Source: Octopus vulgaris (taxonomy: Eukaryota). From it: a stretch of DNA of 64,000 nt. The stretch lies in NCBI GenBank assembly GCA_951406725.2, contig OX597823.1, positions 59,830,001 through 59,894,000 on the forward strand, written 5' to 3'. Below are positions 10,767 through 24,216 of the stretch, in pieces; position 1 is the first letter of the stretch; every line of letters starts with the position of its first letter. Under the pieces are notes generated by a model. It searched no databases and had not been told where the DNA came from. It worked only from the letters and a program-made list of their open reading frames with translations. The translations under genes were made by a program, and so were the position numbers.

Positions 10767-11250
10767 TAAACTTAAACGTCGCTCTTTTTAAGCCTAGCCA
10801 GGCTCATGGGTCCGGTTTCCTGGTTTCTGTGACGTATGTGTTCCCTCCAGCTGAATGGGACGCCAGTCCATCGCAGCGTTACTCAAGATGGACCACCACC
10901 ACGCCCGGTCTGGGAATCGAAACCGCGATCTGCCAACCGCGAGTCCGCTGCCCTAACCACTGGGTCATTGCGCCTTCACAAAATAAATGCGCCTTTTAAA
11001 GCCTAGCCAAGCTCATGGGCCCGGTTTCCCGGTTTCAGTGGCGTATGTGTTCCCTAGCTGGACGGGACGCTAGTCCATCGCAGCGTTACTCATTTTTACC
11101 AGCTGGACTGGTCTGGACTGGAGTGGACTGGAGCAAGTGAAATGAAGTGTTTTGCTCAAGAACACAACGCGTCGCCCGGTCCAGGAATCGAAACCACAAT
11201 CTTACGATCATGATGCTGAGACCCTAACCACTAAGCCACGCGCCTCCACT
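10767..11250 (-). mobile_element. Dimeric tRNA-SINE (two heads, shared V-SINE-like 'ctgcgatggactggcgtccc' body) with 13-bp TSD
   Basis: TSD cctctactaacag at 10754-10766 and 11251-11263. Monomers ~11250-10985 and ~10980-10767. A related monomer lies at 26710-26945(+). Confidence 0.8.
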
Positions 11251-12595
11251 CCTCTACTAACAGAGCCATCTTAAAGTAGATGCAATGGACGGTGACAGCA
11301 CCAGGATCCAAGAAGAATATATTATTTCATTAGATTTTAGATTTTATTGAAACTCACTTTTCAATGCGAATGAGGAGCTAATAAGGACTTTGGCTACCAC
11401 CTGATAATCAGCATCAAATCTCTCTCCCTTTCTTCTCTCCTCCTCCTCTTCTCTCTCTCTCTCAAATAATAGGCAACCTTATTAAAATGGAAGAATATAC
11501 TGGTCCTAGATAAAATATATCGTATATAAAGATATTGTATACCTAGAACTGGGTGGTCACAGCTAGAACGGATTTGATCATGGGTCTGCTCAGGCAAAGC
11601 TATCTGGTGAAAAACAATAACAACAACAACAATAAAAAAAACAGCTTAGTTAGAAGAGTCTCCTCCATCATCCCACTTTGTATACAGTATTACTTTAAGA
11701 TTTCTAAGATTTGATTAATTAAATATTTAACAAAATAATTTTACGAATATTTTTTTTTCTCTTTCATTGGGTGCATAGATTGTTTTTTTTTTGCTTTTGT
11801 CTTTTTTGTTTTTTGTAAAGTGTGTATGTTTTATTTTTCAATTGATTTGTTGTTTCTAAATTTTACAATCTAACACGACAAACCTTATTGGAAAAATTGT
11901 TCGGATATAAGTAAATAATATCTGAAACAAATTTTTTGACACATTCTATCTCAATGTTTTGTTAAAAAATAAAAATAAAACAAAAACTTCCAATAACTGA
12001 AATTAAAAAAAAAAAAAATATGTATTTTTGTCTAATTTCCTCGTGGCTGGTATATTGTAGAACATAGCTTGAGTGTGATCATCTATAAATCATTTCTAAA
12101 GGCTGCAACAAATAACGTTTTTCTAAAATAAAAGTTACTTTATAATATTGAGTTGTTTATTTCTTAATTCATTCATTTTGCTTCTTGTCACATTGGACAT
12201 GACTTTCTTAAAAGAACAATGTACATATCTTGTTGAATATATATACATACATACACACACACACACATATATATATATGCATATATATACATATATATAC
12301 ACATGTATACATATATACACATATATATATATATATACATGTATGCATGTATGTATGTATATATATACAGATACATAACATTCATATATATATATATATA
12401 TATATATTATTTGTTTCAGTCATTATGCTGTGGCCATGCTTGGGCACCGCTCTGAAAAAAATTCTAGTAGAATGAATCTTCCTCAGTATTTACCATTTTC
12501 TAAATATCCTGGTACTTATTCCATCAATCTCTTTCCCAAACCACTAAATAACGGGGAGATAAACACCCACCAACACACACGCATATATGTGTATG

Positions 12596-12647
<52 letters not shown>

Positions 12648-12653
12648 TATATA

Positions 12654-12694
<41 letters not shown>

Positions 12695-12846
12695 TATATA
12701 CATACACACACACGAACATGTATGCAATAGGTTTACTTAGGTAAATGTGTGTTGCCCATATATATGTGTGTATGTATGTGTGTGTGCGTGCGTGTGTGTG
12801 TGTAAATCTAAGTGTACAGTATTATATATAAATTTAGGCTGAATTT

Positions 12847-12890
12847 AACCAATTAGTTTCACACTATGTAACCCTGTGCTCATCAGAGGT
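12847..12890 (-). ncRNA. Degenerate type I hammerhead
   Basis: Minus strand: acct CTGATGA gcac agggttacata gtgt GAAAC taatt ggtt. Core and stem II intact; stems I and III damaged. Confidence 0.45.
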
Positions 12891-13350
12891 AGCCATTATG
12901 GAATGAAATTTGGTGACTGCTCTCTATCGTTATACGTACACTGCTATGGATGACGTACACATGTAAATAAAAAATAAATTTTCAACAAACGAGGTGAGAA
13001 TATTTTTGTGTATGTCTCACCAAGGGTTTCATAAATTTGTACACAAGAATAAATCCAACTCAGAATTACAATATATAATATACAAAACAATGAACATGAT
13101 AAAGAAATGGAAACATTCCTAGTTTTGAGAGCCCAACATGCTTGTGTCACTTTCCACCTGGTTGTGTATATGTATCTACATGCATACTACCCCCACCACA
13201 TACATATCTACAGTCAGATATAGAGGGTTGTACACACACAAACAAATACACATATATATGTTGTTGACGTCACTAGAATTTTATAAACTTCTGAGAGAAC
13301 ATGATACATGTATATTGTATGTATGAAAATATATGCATAATATACATATT

Positions 13351-13383
<33 letters not shown>

Positions 13384-13435
13384 TTGGATGTATGTATGCA
13401 TATATTCTATATCTATCTATCCATCTGTGTATATA

Positions 13436-13466
<31 letters not shown>

Positions 13467-13557
13467 GAAATAATATTTTATAAGCGATCCCCATGCCTTG
13501 ACTAAGGTAAATAGTCACATACTGAGGCTTATAAGCATGGGGCTCAAACCAACCTCC

Positions 13558-13599
<42 letters not shown>

Positions 13600-13612
13600 C
13601 TCTCTATCTCTC

Positions 13613-13669
<57 letters not shown>

Positions 13670-14115
13670 CTCTGTACCTACCTATCTATCTATTCCACTC
13701 CGGACAAGCTGATCCTGCCTCTTTTTTTCTTCACTGGGCCTTTTCCTCTTTCAGATGAAGAGCCATGCTCGGATCATCACTTCCATTCCAATTTGTCCAT
13801 CTAAAACTTCCGCTGAGCATCAGTTTAATATATTCACTGCGTTCTTCTAATTGACTTTTGTTGTTTCTTCCTGCTTTTTTATTTTTATTTTTTGCCTTAT
13901 GTGTGTGTATGTGTGAAAGAAGGATTGAGCTGAGAGAAAGAGAGAGTATAATAAATAAAAAGATATAAAAAATGGCGTGTATTAGATACAAACAATAAGT
14001 GTTCAGGCCGGACCAAATACCTAGAATCCAATATCGAATGAAGGAATATGGAATCAGTGCAAATAAGAGCTGGTTATGGGGACAACACTCTCCGAACTAA
14101 TTAAAAACTCATACA

Positions 14116-14159
14116 GGTTCTGGTGAGAATCGAACTCATGACCTTCTGCGTGTAAAGCA
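14116..14159 (-). pseudogene. tRNA-Val(TAC) 3'-half fragment
   Basis: Minus strand tgct TTACAC gcagaaggtc atga GTTCGA ttctcaccagaacc matches the anticodon arm, T-arm and acceptor 3' strand of eukaryotic tRNA-Val(TAC); the D-arm is missing. Confidence 0.7.
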
Positions 14160-15671
14160 ACATCAAAAGGATATTTTTGTATGTAGGTATGTATACATGC
14201 AGATTTGTGCGTTTTGTTTTATGTATGTATCCTCATGCATATAGTCCCATATCTAGACATGCTCATATAATACTTCTGAAAAGTTTTAGAGATTTTTGCA
14301 GTTCAAGTGATCGCTTGGATCTGTAGTCTTCAAATCAGCTTTCTCTTTTCTGGTTTTGAGACGCCTAATTTCTCTAGAGTGGCATTTAAGCAGTGCTTTA
14401 CATATCCCAGCGCCGCAATAATTACAGGTATAAACCTGAATTTGTTGTCTGTCCGTCTGTTTGTCTGTATGTATGTAAAATACTGTTCTGACTAAATACA
14501 CATGAAAACAGAAGTCAGAATATCCTAAAATTCCTATTTGTTTTATTTTTATTACAACACTCATGCGTACACATGCATTTACAGTACCACCTCACTTTAC
14601 AGGCACCTGCTTTATAAGACCCCAGATTTACGAGTTTTGTTTTATAACAAATATAAAAGGTTAAACAGCCATTTTGTGCGTGTCGCAATGTCGCAACATG
14701 TAGCAATACTGGTTCTAACATGACTAGACAGCGACGGAGTAAAATGACAGCATAACATTTCATTGCGACCATGGGAAATTATTGCTCTACTTTACGAGTT
14801 TTCGCTTTACCAGCATTCACCAGGAACAAGCTAACTCATATATTGAGGTATTACTGTATACAGCAACAGAAATAGAAATAGAGCTGTATCCTCATCTTAT
14901 AGTGTACGCTCAATAAAATAGTAGTGCAGATTTATATACGCTTACCGATATTAATCTATTTTATGTATATGAATACGCAATGCATTTTACAAATACGAAA
15001 CCATTTGTAAAAGATTACTCACACTCTCCACCCTCTTGTGGTTTTTATTTTAACTACCTGTCTAGTGAAGGTTTAGCCAATATGTAGGATCATTTGAATT
15101 CTGCTCGGTCTCATGAGTGAAATTACTGTATGAACATTCAAGATTTATAACTTTCTTTGACGAATAACCATGAACCAAAAGTTTGGAACATAGGTCTGAA
15201 AATTAGAACTGAGCCATTGGATCAGTTGTTATGTCAGTACATCTCAACATTGTATATGTTTGAATTGAATCGTACTTGAACATAATTTTAATATTCAAAA
15301 AAATGTTCCAATCTTTTAGCCACGACTGTATACATTTGTATAGGATATGACTAAACTGCATCAAACAGTGGGGTCTAGGTACAGAAGCTCCAGAGTTTTG
15401 AGGAGCGTGGGCTGCTTCTTGGACACTATTGTCTAACAGGTCTACTCTAAGCTGAATTAGTAGCATGTCTTAGGTTCCCAGATATAGGCTAACTAGCATG
15501 TGAACCGCTGGAAGTGAAGTAACCTCCTTGTAGGAGTAGGTAACCTTATAAAAACACCTGAAGTACAGTTGGTTTCCGGTCATCTCAACTAATGGTTTTA
15601 TAAGGATTTTATACTGGATTTCGCTGAAAAGTGGGTTCAGAGTTATCCATTCAAAACAAACACACACACAT

Positions 15672-16300
15672 ATCTAATATCTATAAAATTAAAGTTTTCT
15701 GTATGTGTGTGTGTGTACAAAAATTTTATGCACCTCAATAACTTCTATATCTTTCATCCTATTTCTTTAACATTTTAGACACAGCTTCATATCCCAGACC
15801 TGAACATAGGCTACTTAAATTTTTTTAAAATTGATATTGGGGCCTCTAGAGCGACAGAAAACCAATAATAGATTATTCCTATTCATTTGCATTAATCAGC
15901 TGTTCTATAATCTGTAGGGTCTCCCATACATTTTCAATCATTGTGAAAGGATTTTGTCTATTTATTTTCACTGTTCATCAGCGACTGGGAACACTGAACG
16001 CATATATTTCCACAGTTTTCAACCGATTTTCACCAAACTTTACACAAACATTAATCATGTCCGAAGAATGGTCATACACTAAACATTTTCTCCAGAGCTT
16101 CCATGTAAATGGACCTAAATGAACATAGTTGTTTTTTGTATGTAGGTTTATCTATTTATTTCAACTGTCCACCTGCCATGGTGATAAAATTGACTAGGAA
16201 CACTGTACATAATGAATATCCAATACCAAACAATCTTGATCTCCATATTTAAACTGCATTAAACTTTGGCAAATTTACCTTTACCTATTCTGAGTTATTT
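15672..16300 (+). mobile_element. Probable non-autonomous Helitron 5' portion (degenerate)
   Basis: a^TCTAATATCTATAAAA start, (GT)n, and the motif 'caaccgattttcaccaaactttac'. No 3' CTAG hairpin found. Confidence 0.4.
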
Positions 16301-16956
16301 CAAAGGTGATGTTCCCTCCCCTCTCTTCTCTTTGTTGATACCTTAGTTTACATATCAATGCGTTGTTTCACTTTAAGGATGCTTATTTACCCATTCGTTA
16401 TGATATTTCGACTGTTGTCCATTGTTTCAAATATGTTTTAGCATTGTTGTTCTAAACTTTTTTAAACAATCACATATGATTCGTCCCAAAGAATCAACCT
16501 TTAAATGAGAGTTTTGCTTCCACAAGTGAAAGCTATACGTATCTTCTAGAAAGATCCATACCAATTTAATTTTATTCAGCATTCCCTGTTAGTGTATGTA
16601 CAGGCTATGTGGGAAGACAGAATAAAGGTGCTTTTGCTAGCTTATCTCGCTGAAAAAATAGCTTCCTTTGCTGTTTAAAAAATAAACTTGCAGAGGGGAA
16701 GTTTCAACCTCTTCCTTCAGTTCCATTACACCATTTATGTTGAGAAAGTGGTATCGTTGACTTAAAGGTACAAGCCATCCAGCAGGTTCCCATACAATTT
16801 ACATTTACCCAATTTCATGCGTGGAGTATGGTTCAGCTTAAGGCTACAGTAAATTACATTTATACATGGTACCATGTAGTAAGATTTGAACACGTACTTT
16901 CAAGATTGTGAAGCTAACTTGTTATCAACCACGCCTGTGCATACATACATAAAAGC

Positions 16957-17063
<107 letters not shown>

Positions 17064-17573
17064 CATACAAATAAATATATACATACACATATATAGTGTT
17101 TATTTCATGATACAATAAAATAAAGAAACAAAAACTTCCTTTTTTCTATTGTAATGCAACATTTTAAATGAACAATGTAGTTTGATATATACATAAGCAG
17201 TGAGATGGATGATATCAAAGGTAGTCTTTGATGTAAATGTCTATTATTGTCCAAGAGACCTGCTACTTTTTTGTCATATTCGGCAGCAGTTCATGCATTC
17301 AATTGACTTTCTCACTGATGCATTTCTCCTAATTAACATACTGCCAACATGGCTTTTTCCTCTAACACAAAGCCAAAACAATAATTACTTGCCACATCAG
17401 AAGGCAGAAAAGAAAGTTTTGATTCCTAATTACAGATCTATTCAGAGGTTAGTTTCCTTCTCTTTTTTGTGTATTTTGTTCTCATGATTATTTTTTTCAA
17501 GTTTTTTTCTTTTTTAATCCGTCACAAGTTCCCCTCATACACACTGTTTAGATGCAAAACACTGATTGATATA

Positions 17574-17649
<76 letters not shown>

Positions 17650-17687
17650 CATATAATGCACACGCACATATATATATATATGCATAC

Positions 17688-17718
<31 letters not shown>

Positions 17719-17861
17719 AATGTATGTATATATGCATATATATATATATATATAAATGTATGTATATATACATATATATATATATATACATACATATATA
17801 TGCATATATATATATATATACATACATATATATGTATATATATATACATACAGATATATGT

Positions 17862-17916
<55 letters not shown>

Positions 17917-18494
17917 TATAGATAGATAGATAGATATAGATATAGATATATATAATTTGTGCATGCTGGTGTTTTGCATTCTTCATATAATATTTAAAAA
18001 AATAACATAGAAAACCATTTTGAATATGTTTTTTGTTGTTTACATTCTGCTTTCTGATAGGTTTTCAGTCAATGTGAAAATGTATTTTACATTTAATATA
18101 CACTAGATAAATATATTATTTTTCCCTAGAATTAAAAATTGTTTTCAGTTTAATAATAGTGTCTCAAACTTTTGCAGGAGGCTTGTAATTTCAGGGGTAT
18201 TAACCACTTACATCGATCCCCAGTGTTTGACTGGTATTTATATTAACGTTCCCCGGAAGGATGAGAAGCAAAACTGACCTCAGTGAGATTTGAATTCAGA
18301 ACCTGAAGAGCTGAAAGAATTGCCACCAAGTATTATGACCGGCATGCTAATGATTCTGCCATCTGGTTGAACTGTTTATCAGCAAATAAATTGAATACAA
18401 TTTCATCTATTTTATTATCTGATAAATATCTAGGGAAAAGAATATTTATACTGCTTTTATTCTGTTTAGAATCACAAGAGTATTGTCTGAATTT

Positions 18495-18713
18495 AATTCG
18501 AGGGTCCAATGGACCCATACAGTAATTAATGTATGAAGTGAAATTTTCTAGCTTTTATAAACATACAGAAACTTTCCCATTTGACAAATAAAAGAGAGTC
18601 AAGAAAAAATAGGAGTCACGAGAAATCCGCAGAATCAAATAATATAAACAGTGGGAAACAGCAACTGAAAAAACTGAAATGGGTCCATTGGACCCATTGG
18701 TAGACAGAAGGTT
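18495..18713. mobile_element. MITE fragment with subterminal palindromes, ending GGTTAA
   Basis: Palindromes gggtccaatggaccc (~18501) and atgggtccattggacccat (~18679). Confidence 0.45.
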
Positions 18714-18819
18714 AATATATAAAATCTGTACATCACTTCAAACAATATATACATACATAAATACATACATACATACTGGGCAGACAGACGGATGGATGTA
18801 TGTACATTTGTATACACTA

Positions 18820-19336
18820 CTAGCAGTATCGCCCGGCGTTGCTCGGGTTTGTAAGGGAAATAACTATATAAGCATTTTTAGAGAGTTACTTCCTTTATAG
18901 ATGCCAATTCGGGCTTTCTTAGCCATTTCTGTTTTGGTGTCTTCAAGCCATGAAGTCGTTGTTCTAAAAGAACGCTGGTCTCCTTGACAACGCATTACGA
19001 CGTTGATTTCCTTAAACTCCCTTCCCCACAGCTTCACGAGGGAGGGAAGAAGGGGGAGAAGCAAACACAGGTGCAGGTGTTTGAGCGTGGACGCCAACTC
19101 CACCGCCATCGACACACGAAAAATTATGCATTAAAATGGAATAAAAAATGATGTTAAATTATTTTTAAAATCGTAGACTCATCGTAGACGCGCGCTAATA
19201 GCCAGACGGGCTCGATATTAATCACGAATATAAGATACCCGAATTTGGTTAAACTGCACCGCAAAATGTGGGAGGAGTTAGGAATCTAAATCGTAGGAGA
19301 CAGACACTCACACAACTACAGTTTTATATATATAGA
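18820..19336 (-). mobile_element. Non-autonomous Helitron
   Basis: Minus strand starts TC(tatatatataaaactg) and ends cccgagcaacgccggg hairpin + CTAG; inserted between A and T with no TSD. Confidence 0.85.
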
Positions 19337-20259
19337 TATAATGAGCATAACACATTCATCAGTGGGCTACCATTGATTTCATGAAGGCAATACAGCTTAC
19401 AGCAATCTTCTCTGCTTGTCAGTGCAATATTATTACAATCATCCGAGTAGCTGAAAATCAAATGGAAAGTTCAAGATGGTCGTCTTGCATAATCTTGTAA
19501 CAGATGAGAAAACTATAGAAAAAGGAAATCGATCCTATTTCATTTGAAAGAAGAATAAATTCAAGGCCTAGAGAGCATAGCAGTTGAAATATCTTGGTTA
19601 AATTCTCTCTTGTTTTCCTCTCTTAAGTCACGTAAGATTTTAGCATGAAATGGAAACACAAATTATCTAAGCAACTGAATATTGTTTAGTAATACCATGG
19701 TAGACTATGAACGTTCATTCTGTCCACTTAAACTTATTGTCCATATAAAGTCAATGAAAGTGGTTGAAGAAAACATGCCTGCTTAAAGCAACACAGTGTG
19801 CAGCAAAAACACGGAAAAAAAGTGATAGAAAGAAAAACAGCAGAATATGTTGTTAAAATTAAAGGAAGAAAAGGACAAATAAATATGGAACTTTAGAGAA
19901 TGTGTCCTTTAGAGTGATGGTGAATGTTTGAAAAATCAAAGACTTATATAAACAGAGTTAAGATGTGCCTAACTGAAAGAAAGCTAATTTCACACATCTT
20001 TAAAGTTTCTAATGTCTGCTTCAACTTTAAAAATGAAAGTTTTACAAGGTTCTTTCACATAGAGAAATTTGTGCTAACCAACTGGAAAGCACATATTTGT
20101 CAACATTCACTGGCCGATAAAACAGGTATTTATCAAATTCTAATGTTGATAAAATAAAGACCAATCAAGTACTGGAGTTGAATCAATCAAGTACATGGGT
20201 AAAACTCTCACTTTTAGGAAACCACTTTTACAGCCGTTAAAAATGTATCAATATATTTG

Positions 20260-20630
20260 AAGGCAGAAACTGTGCTGAAGCCATAGTATATGAGTATGTG
20301 TAGTCATTGTGGGTCCATATGTGTGCATGTATATCCACATTCTGGATGCTGTGGTAAATGGGAGGGTCACTGCTTTGACAGCCAAACAGAACAAAACCTT
20401 GAAGTATCGGGACCTGGCAGTGAACTATCTCTTCTAGTTTGTGGTGTTAGAGATGTCTGGAGGAGCAGGGTCACTAACAGCGAAGTTCTTGTCATCATTA
20501 GTGACTCACTTTACAGAGGTTGTCAGGTGATGCCTGTGAGGGTGCTTGGCCTTTTCTTACACCTTAGCCTTGCCATCGCTCGGGATAATGCCACAAGCAT
20601 GTTGGCTTACTTCTGTAGTTTTTGTTGAAC
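20260..20630 (+). mobile_element. Decayed CRE-like non-LTR retrotransposon, RLE-domain C-terminus
   Basis: Broken frames give TAKQNKTLKYRDLAVNYLF*FVVLEMSGGAG..AKFL and HLSLAIARDNATSML (compare AE..K..KY..L..Y.F.P.A.ET.G / RLS.AI.RGNA). Confidence 0.7.
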
Positions 20631-20961
20631 CTTGCAGTATACAACCAATTGAAGCATTTCGAGCCGCGTTGATGCTTTTTCTTCCTCCGTATTTTTTTGT
20701 CTTTTTTTTTACGTTTCTATAAATTATACAATAAAATTACTAATATACTATATATATATATTCTTTTACTTGTTTCAGCCATTTGACAGTGGCCATGCTG
20801 GAGTACTACCTTTAGTTGAACAAATCGACCCCAGGACTTATTTTTTGTAAGTCTGGTGCCCATCCTATCGGTCTCTTTTGCCAAACCACTAAGTTATAGG
20901 GTTGTAAACACACTAATATCAGCTGTCAAGCGATGATAGGACAAACACAGACACACAAACA

Positions 20962-21008
<47 letters not shown>

Positions 21009-21334
21009 CAAGAACTCCACCATCAATTTAATTTCATTTAAATATTTTTCATCCATTAAAATCGTACATTCGGTTGACTGATCCAAAGAAATTTTGAAGT
21101 TAAATCTTTTACAGATTTCCACTGTTTTTTTATATTTATGATTTCGTATTTTGCACATAGCACGGGCTTCTTTACAGTTTCCATTTACCAAATCCACCCG
21201 CAAGGCTTTGGTTGGCCCGAGGCTACAGTAGAAGACACTTGCCCAAGATGCCACGCATTGTGATTAAACCTGGAACCACGTGGTTGGGAAGCAATCTTCT
21301 TACCACTGCGCATATATACATATATATATATATA

Positions 21335-21979
21335 TATTTGAAGTGTCGGAAACCGGTCCTGCATTATCTGATCCTGGGTTGTCCATTTATCGAATGTTCT
21401 TCCAAGAGGTAAGACAAATTTTTCATGTTTGCTGCACACACGTCTTTGCTAGTATATGCGGAATGAAACTTTACAATAGCATCGTATTTGTATCGATTGC
21501 TTTTTTCCAATAAATATTGGTGCCTTGTTGTACAACTCATCTGTTCTTATATGTATAATTCTACCCTTATGGAGCTTTATTTTACTGGAAAGTAATACAT
21601 TTGTATTGCAATATTATTTTTCATTGAACACTTTTTCACTGTTCTCGTTTTGTTAACGGCTAGGCGTTCAGACGAGTATACTGGCATTGATGTGGCAACA
21701 TTTGAAATATTGTCTAGGTAAATGCAGCTGATGAAGACTGATCAAATTTACGGTGTCAAACGTATTTGAAGAGTCAGAAAACGGTCCTGCGTTATCTGAT
21801 TCTGGGTCGTCCATTTATCGAATGTTCTTCCTAGAGGTAAGACAAATTTTTCATGTTTGTTGCACACACACGTCTTTGCCAGTATATACGCAGTGAAGCT
21901 TCACAATAGCGTCGTATTTGTATGAATTGCTATTTTCCAGTAAATATTGGTGCCTTGTTGTACCACTCATCTGTTTTTC

Positions 21980-21985
<6 letters not shown>
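21335..21985 (+). mobile_element. 1.5-mer of a 428-bp hammerhead-containing unit (PLE pLTR/retrozyme-like)
   Basis: 21335-21557 repeats at 21763-21985 (~90%); (TA)n on both flanks. Confidence 0.8.
21721..21793 (+). ncRNA. Type I hammerhead with extended stem II
   Basis: aatgcag CTGATGA agact...agtca GAAA acg GTC ctgcgtt. The upstream partial copy has an intact GAAACCGGTC at 21349-21358. Confidence 0.7.
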
Positions 21986-22017
<32 letters not shown>

Positions 22018-23101
22018 CAATGTCTGTCTAAGAGAGTATGTATGTGTCGTTTAGTCGTTGTACATCATGTCTTCGTCATCAATAATTAGGTAAGAAACTG
22101 CATTTTCAGGCAAAAATGACTACACAGTATATATGTGTTTCTATATTTTATTATTTTGAACAGTTTTATAATACGTGTGAACAAAGTATATTTATATTGA
22201 AAAACTTTCCTTCGAGGATGCCTGTGCTACTTAAAGCTTTACAAAATCTAAGACAATGTAAATGCTCTAGTTATATCTCTTAAGTAACATTACAATAAAC
22301 CTAATAAAGAATAAAGCAGATAGTTATATAAAACGACATATGTCAGCCTTAAAGCATAAGGATATGTAGCTTTGTCAAATATATATGAAGTATACATTAT
22401 GTGAGGACAAGTGGAAGAAAGTGAGAGAATATCTCACTGAACAAAGTGATCAAGCTTCTTGTGGAATCTAACGTGGCTCTTCTATGATGTTTAATTCACC
22501 AATCTTTTATAACCCGAGGCAAAGCTTCTAGAACTTTTCAAATATAAATTATTTTACTCTTCCAAACTACTAAGACAAAAACGTAGTATTATACTAAATG
22601 CTATTGATAATATATAAAAATGGAAAAGAATAACTCTATGTGCAAAATACGAGATAATAAATATAAAAAAATTGTGGAAATCTGTAAAAGATTTAACTTC
22701 AAAATTTCTTTGGATCTGTCAACAGAATGTACGATTTTAATGGATGAAAAATATTTAGATGAAATTAAATTGCTAGTGGAGTTCTTGTAATCTACCACGG
22801 TATATAATGCACAAGTATAGTGCCTTAGTACATGCATTTTTCAGCAGGAAAAACTGATTAAACATATTTATTAGACATGCCTGTTAAGTCAATACTTTTG
22901 GTGATAAATTCTTGTCTTTTCTTAAGCTGCTTAAATATAGAAAGATGGCGACTGTGAAATAACATCTACCATGAGTGATGTCCGGATTTATAAATATAAA
23001 TGTAACTTGCTGACATAATGTAAATGTGCAGCTAATTGTGAGTGCTGATAATGAGGACTAAATTTGGGCCTAAAACAATTAAGTGAGATAATTGTTTTAA
23101 A

Positions 23102-23102
<1 letters not shown>

Positions 23103-23190
<88 letters not shown>

Positions 23191-23317
23191 AAGAAGAAGA
23201 TGATGAAGAAGAAGAAGGAGGAGGAGGAGGAGGAGGAAGAGAAGAAGAAGAAGAAGAAGAAGAAGAAGAAGAAGAAGAAGAAGAAGAAGAAGAAGAAGAA
23301 GAAGAAGAAGAAGAAGA
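23103..23317. repeat. (TAA)n(GAA)n(GGA)n compound microsatellite
   Basis: Read directly from sequence. Confidence 0.95.
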
Positions 23318-23890
23318 CGGCATGACAATGTGGCAAGAATGATCTGGGAGCTCTGGGGAAACCATGGACAACAAAGAGAAAAGACATGATACAAACAAAC
23401 CCCAGAAGAAGTCACTGAGAATGAAAATTGCAAAATCCTGTGGGATACAATGATTCGGTGTGATCACCTGACCAGACGTCAGAAACTGGACATTGTTGTG
23501 ATGAAGTAAAAAAGAAAGAACACGCATGATAATTGACATAGCATGCCCCAGTGACAACAGGATCAAAGAAGAAGAAAAACTGAACAACTGTGACGACTTG
23601 AAGTGGGAAATATGAAGGCTGTGGTCAATGAGGAGAGTAGACATGATACCAATAGTAATTGGGGCACTTGGAATTATCAGCACTCAACTACCAAGATGGC
23701 TCAAAAAGAGTTGTACATATGCAAAAGTAGAACACCTACAAAAATCAGCATTGCTTGGAACAGCAAGAATTCTTCACAAGGTTCTTGAAGTATGACTAGT
23801 AAACAAGCAAACAAGTGTCACCTTATTCTTTTGGCTGTGGACAGCTGAACTTTCCATCATACCTAGCAAAATAAGCAGTGAATTTTCAAC
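23317..23890 (+). mobile_element. 5'-truncated R4/Dong-like retrotransposon (RLE domain + 3' UTR)
   Basis: Broken frames give RHDNVARMI.WEL..PEEVTENENCKILWD..KLDIVV..IIDIACPSD..LKWEI*RLW..PIVIGALG..LQKSALLGTARILHKVLEV*, followed by a (TAA)n tail. Confidence 0.85.
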
Positions 23891-23914
23891 TAATAATAAT
23901 AATGATGATGATGG

Positions 23915-23946
<32 letters not shown>

Positions 23947-23949
23947 GTA

Positions 23950-24179
23950 ATATCCTATGCAAAATACTTTGTATGTAATCTCAAGTTTTAAAACAAACAC
24001 ATAATTTTCTTATGGTTTCTTAAACATTCTCTCGAACAACACTTTGTACAAAACCAAATATATGGCACCCTAGGCATAACACCAACATGAACTTCCAGCT
24101 TGTTATCTCTAGAAGTCTCTGGGTGAGACTTGGAGCCAACTTGTACAAATGTAAAGCAGAAGTCAAACATAAAATGATG

Positions 24180-24180
<1 letters not shown>
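23950..24180 (+). mobile_element. R4/Dong-like 3' end (second family) with (TAA)n tail
   Basis: ILCKILCM* followed by UTR, embedded in TGA/TAA repeats. Confidence 0.5.

Positions 24181-24216
<36 letters not shown>

Larger units (their letters stand above)
21005..22791. repeat. 156-bp inverted duplication (21005-21160 / 22636-22791)
   Basis: Reverse-complement match ~90%. The left arm sits in the (TA)n middle of a family A SINE. Confidence 0.85.

Noticed and set aside
6390-11250. tRNA-like A/B boxes as tRNA genes
   Set aside because: They are SINE heads continuing into SINE bodies, with no complete cloverleaf.
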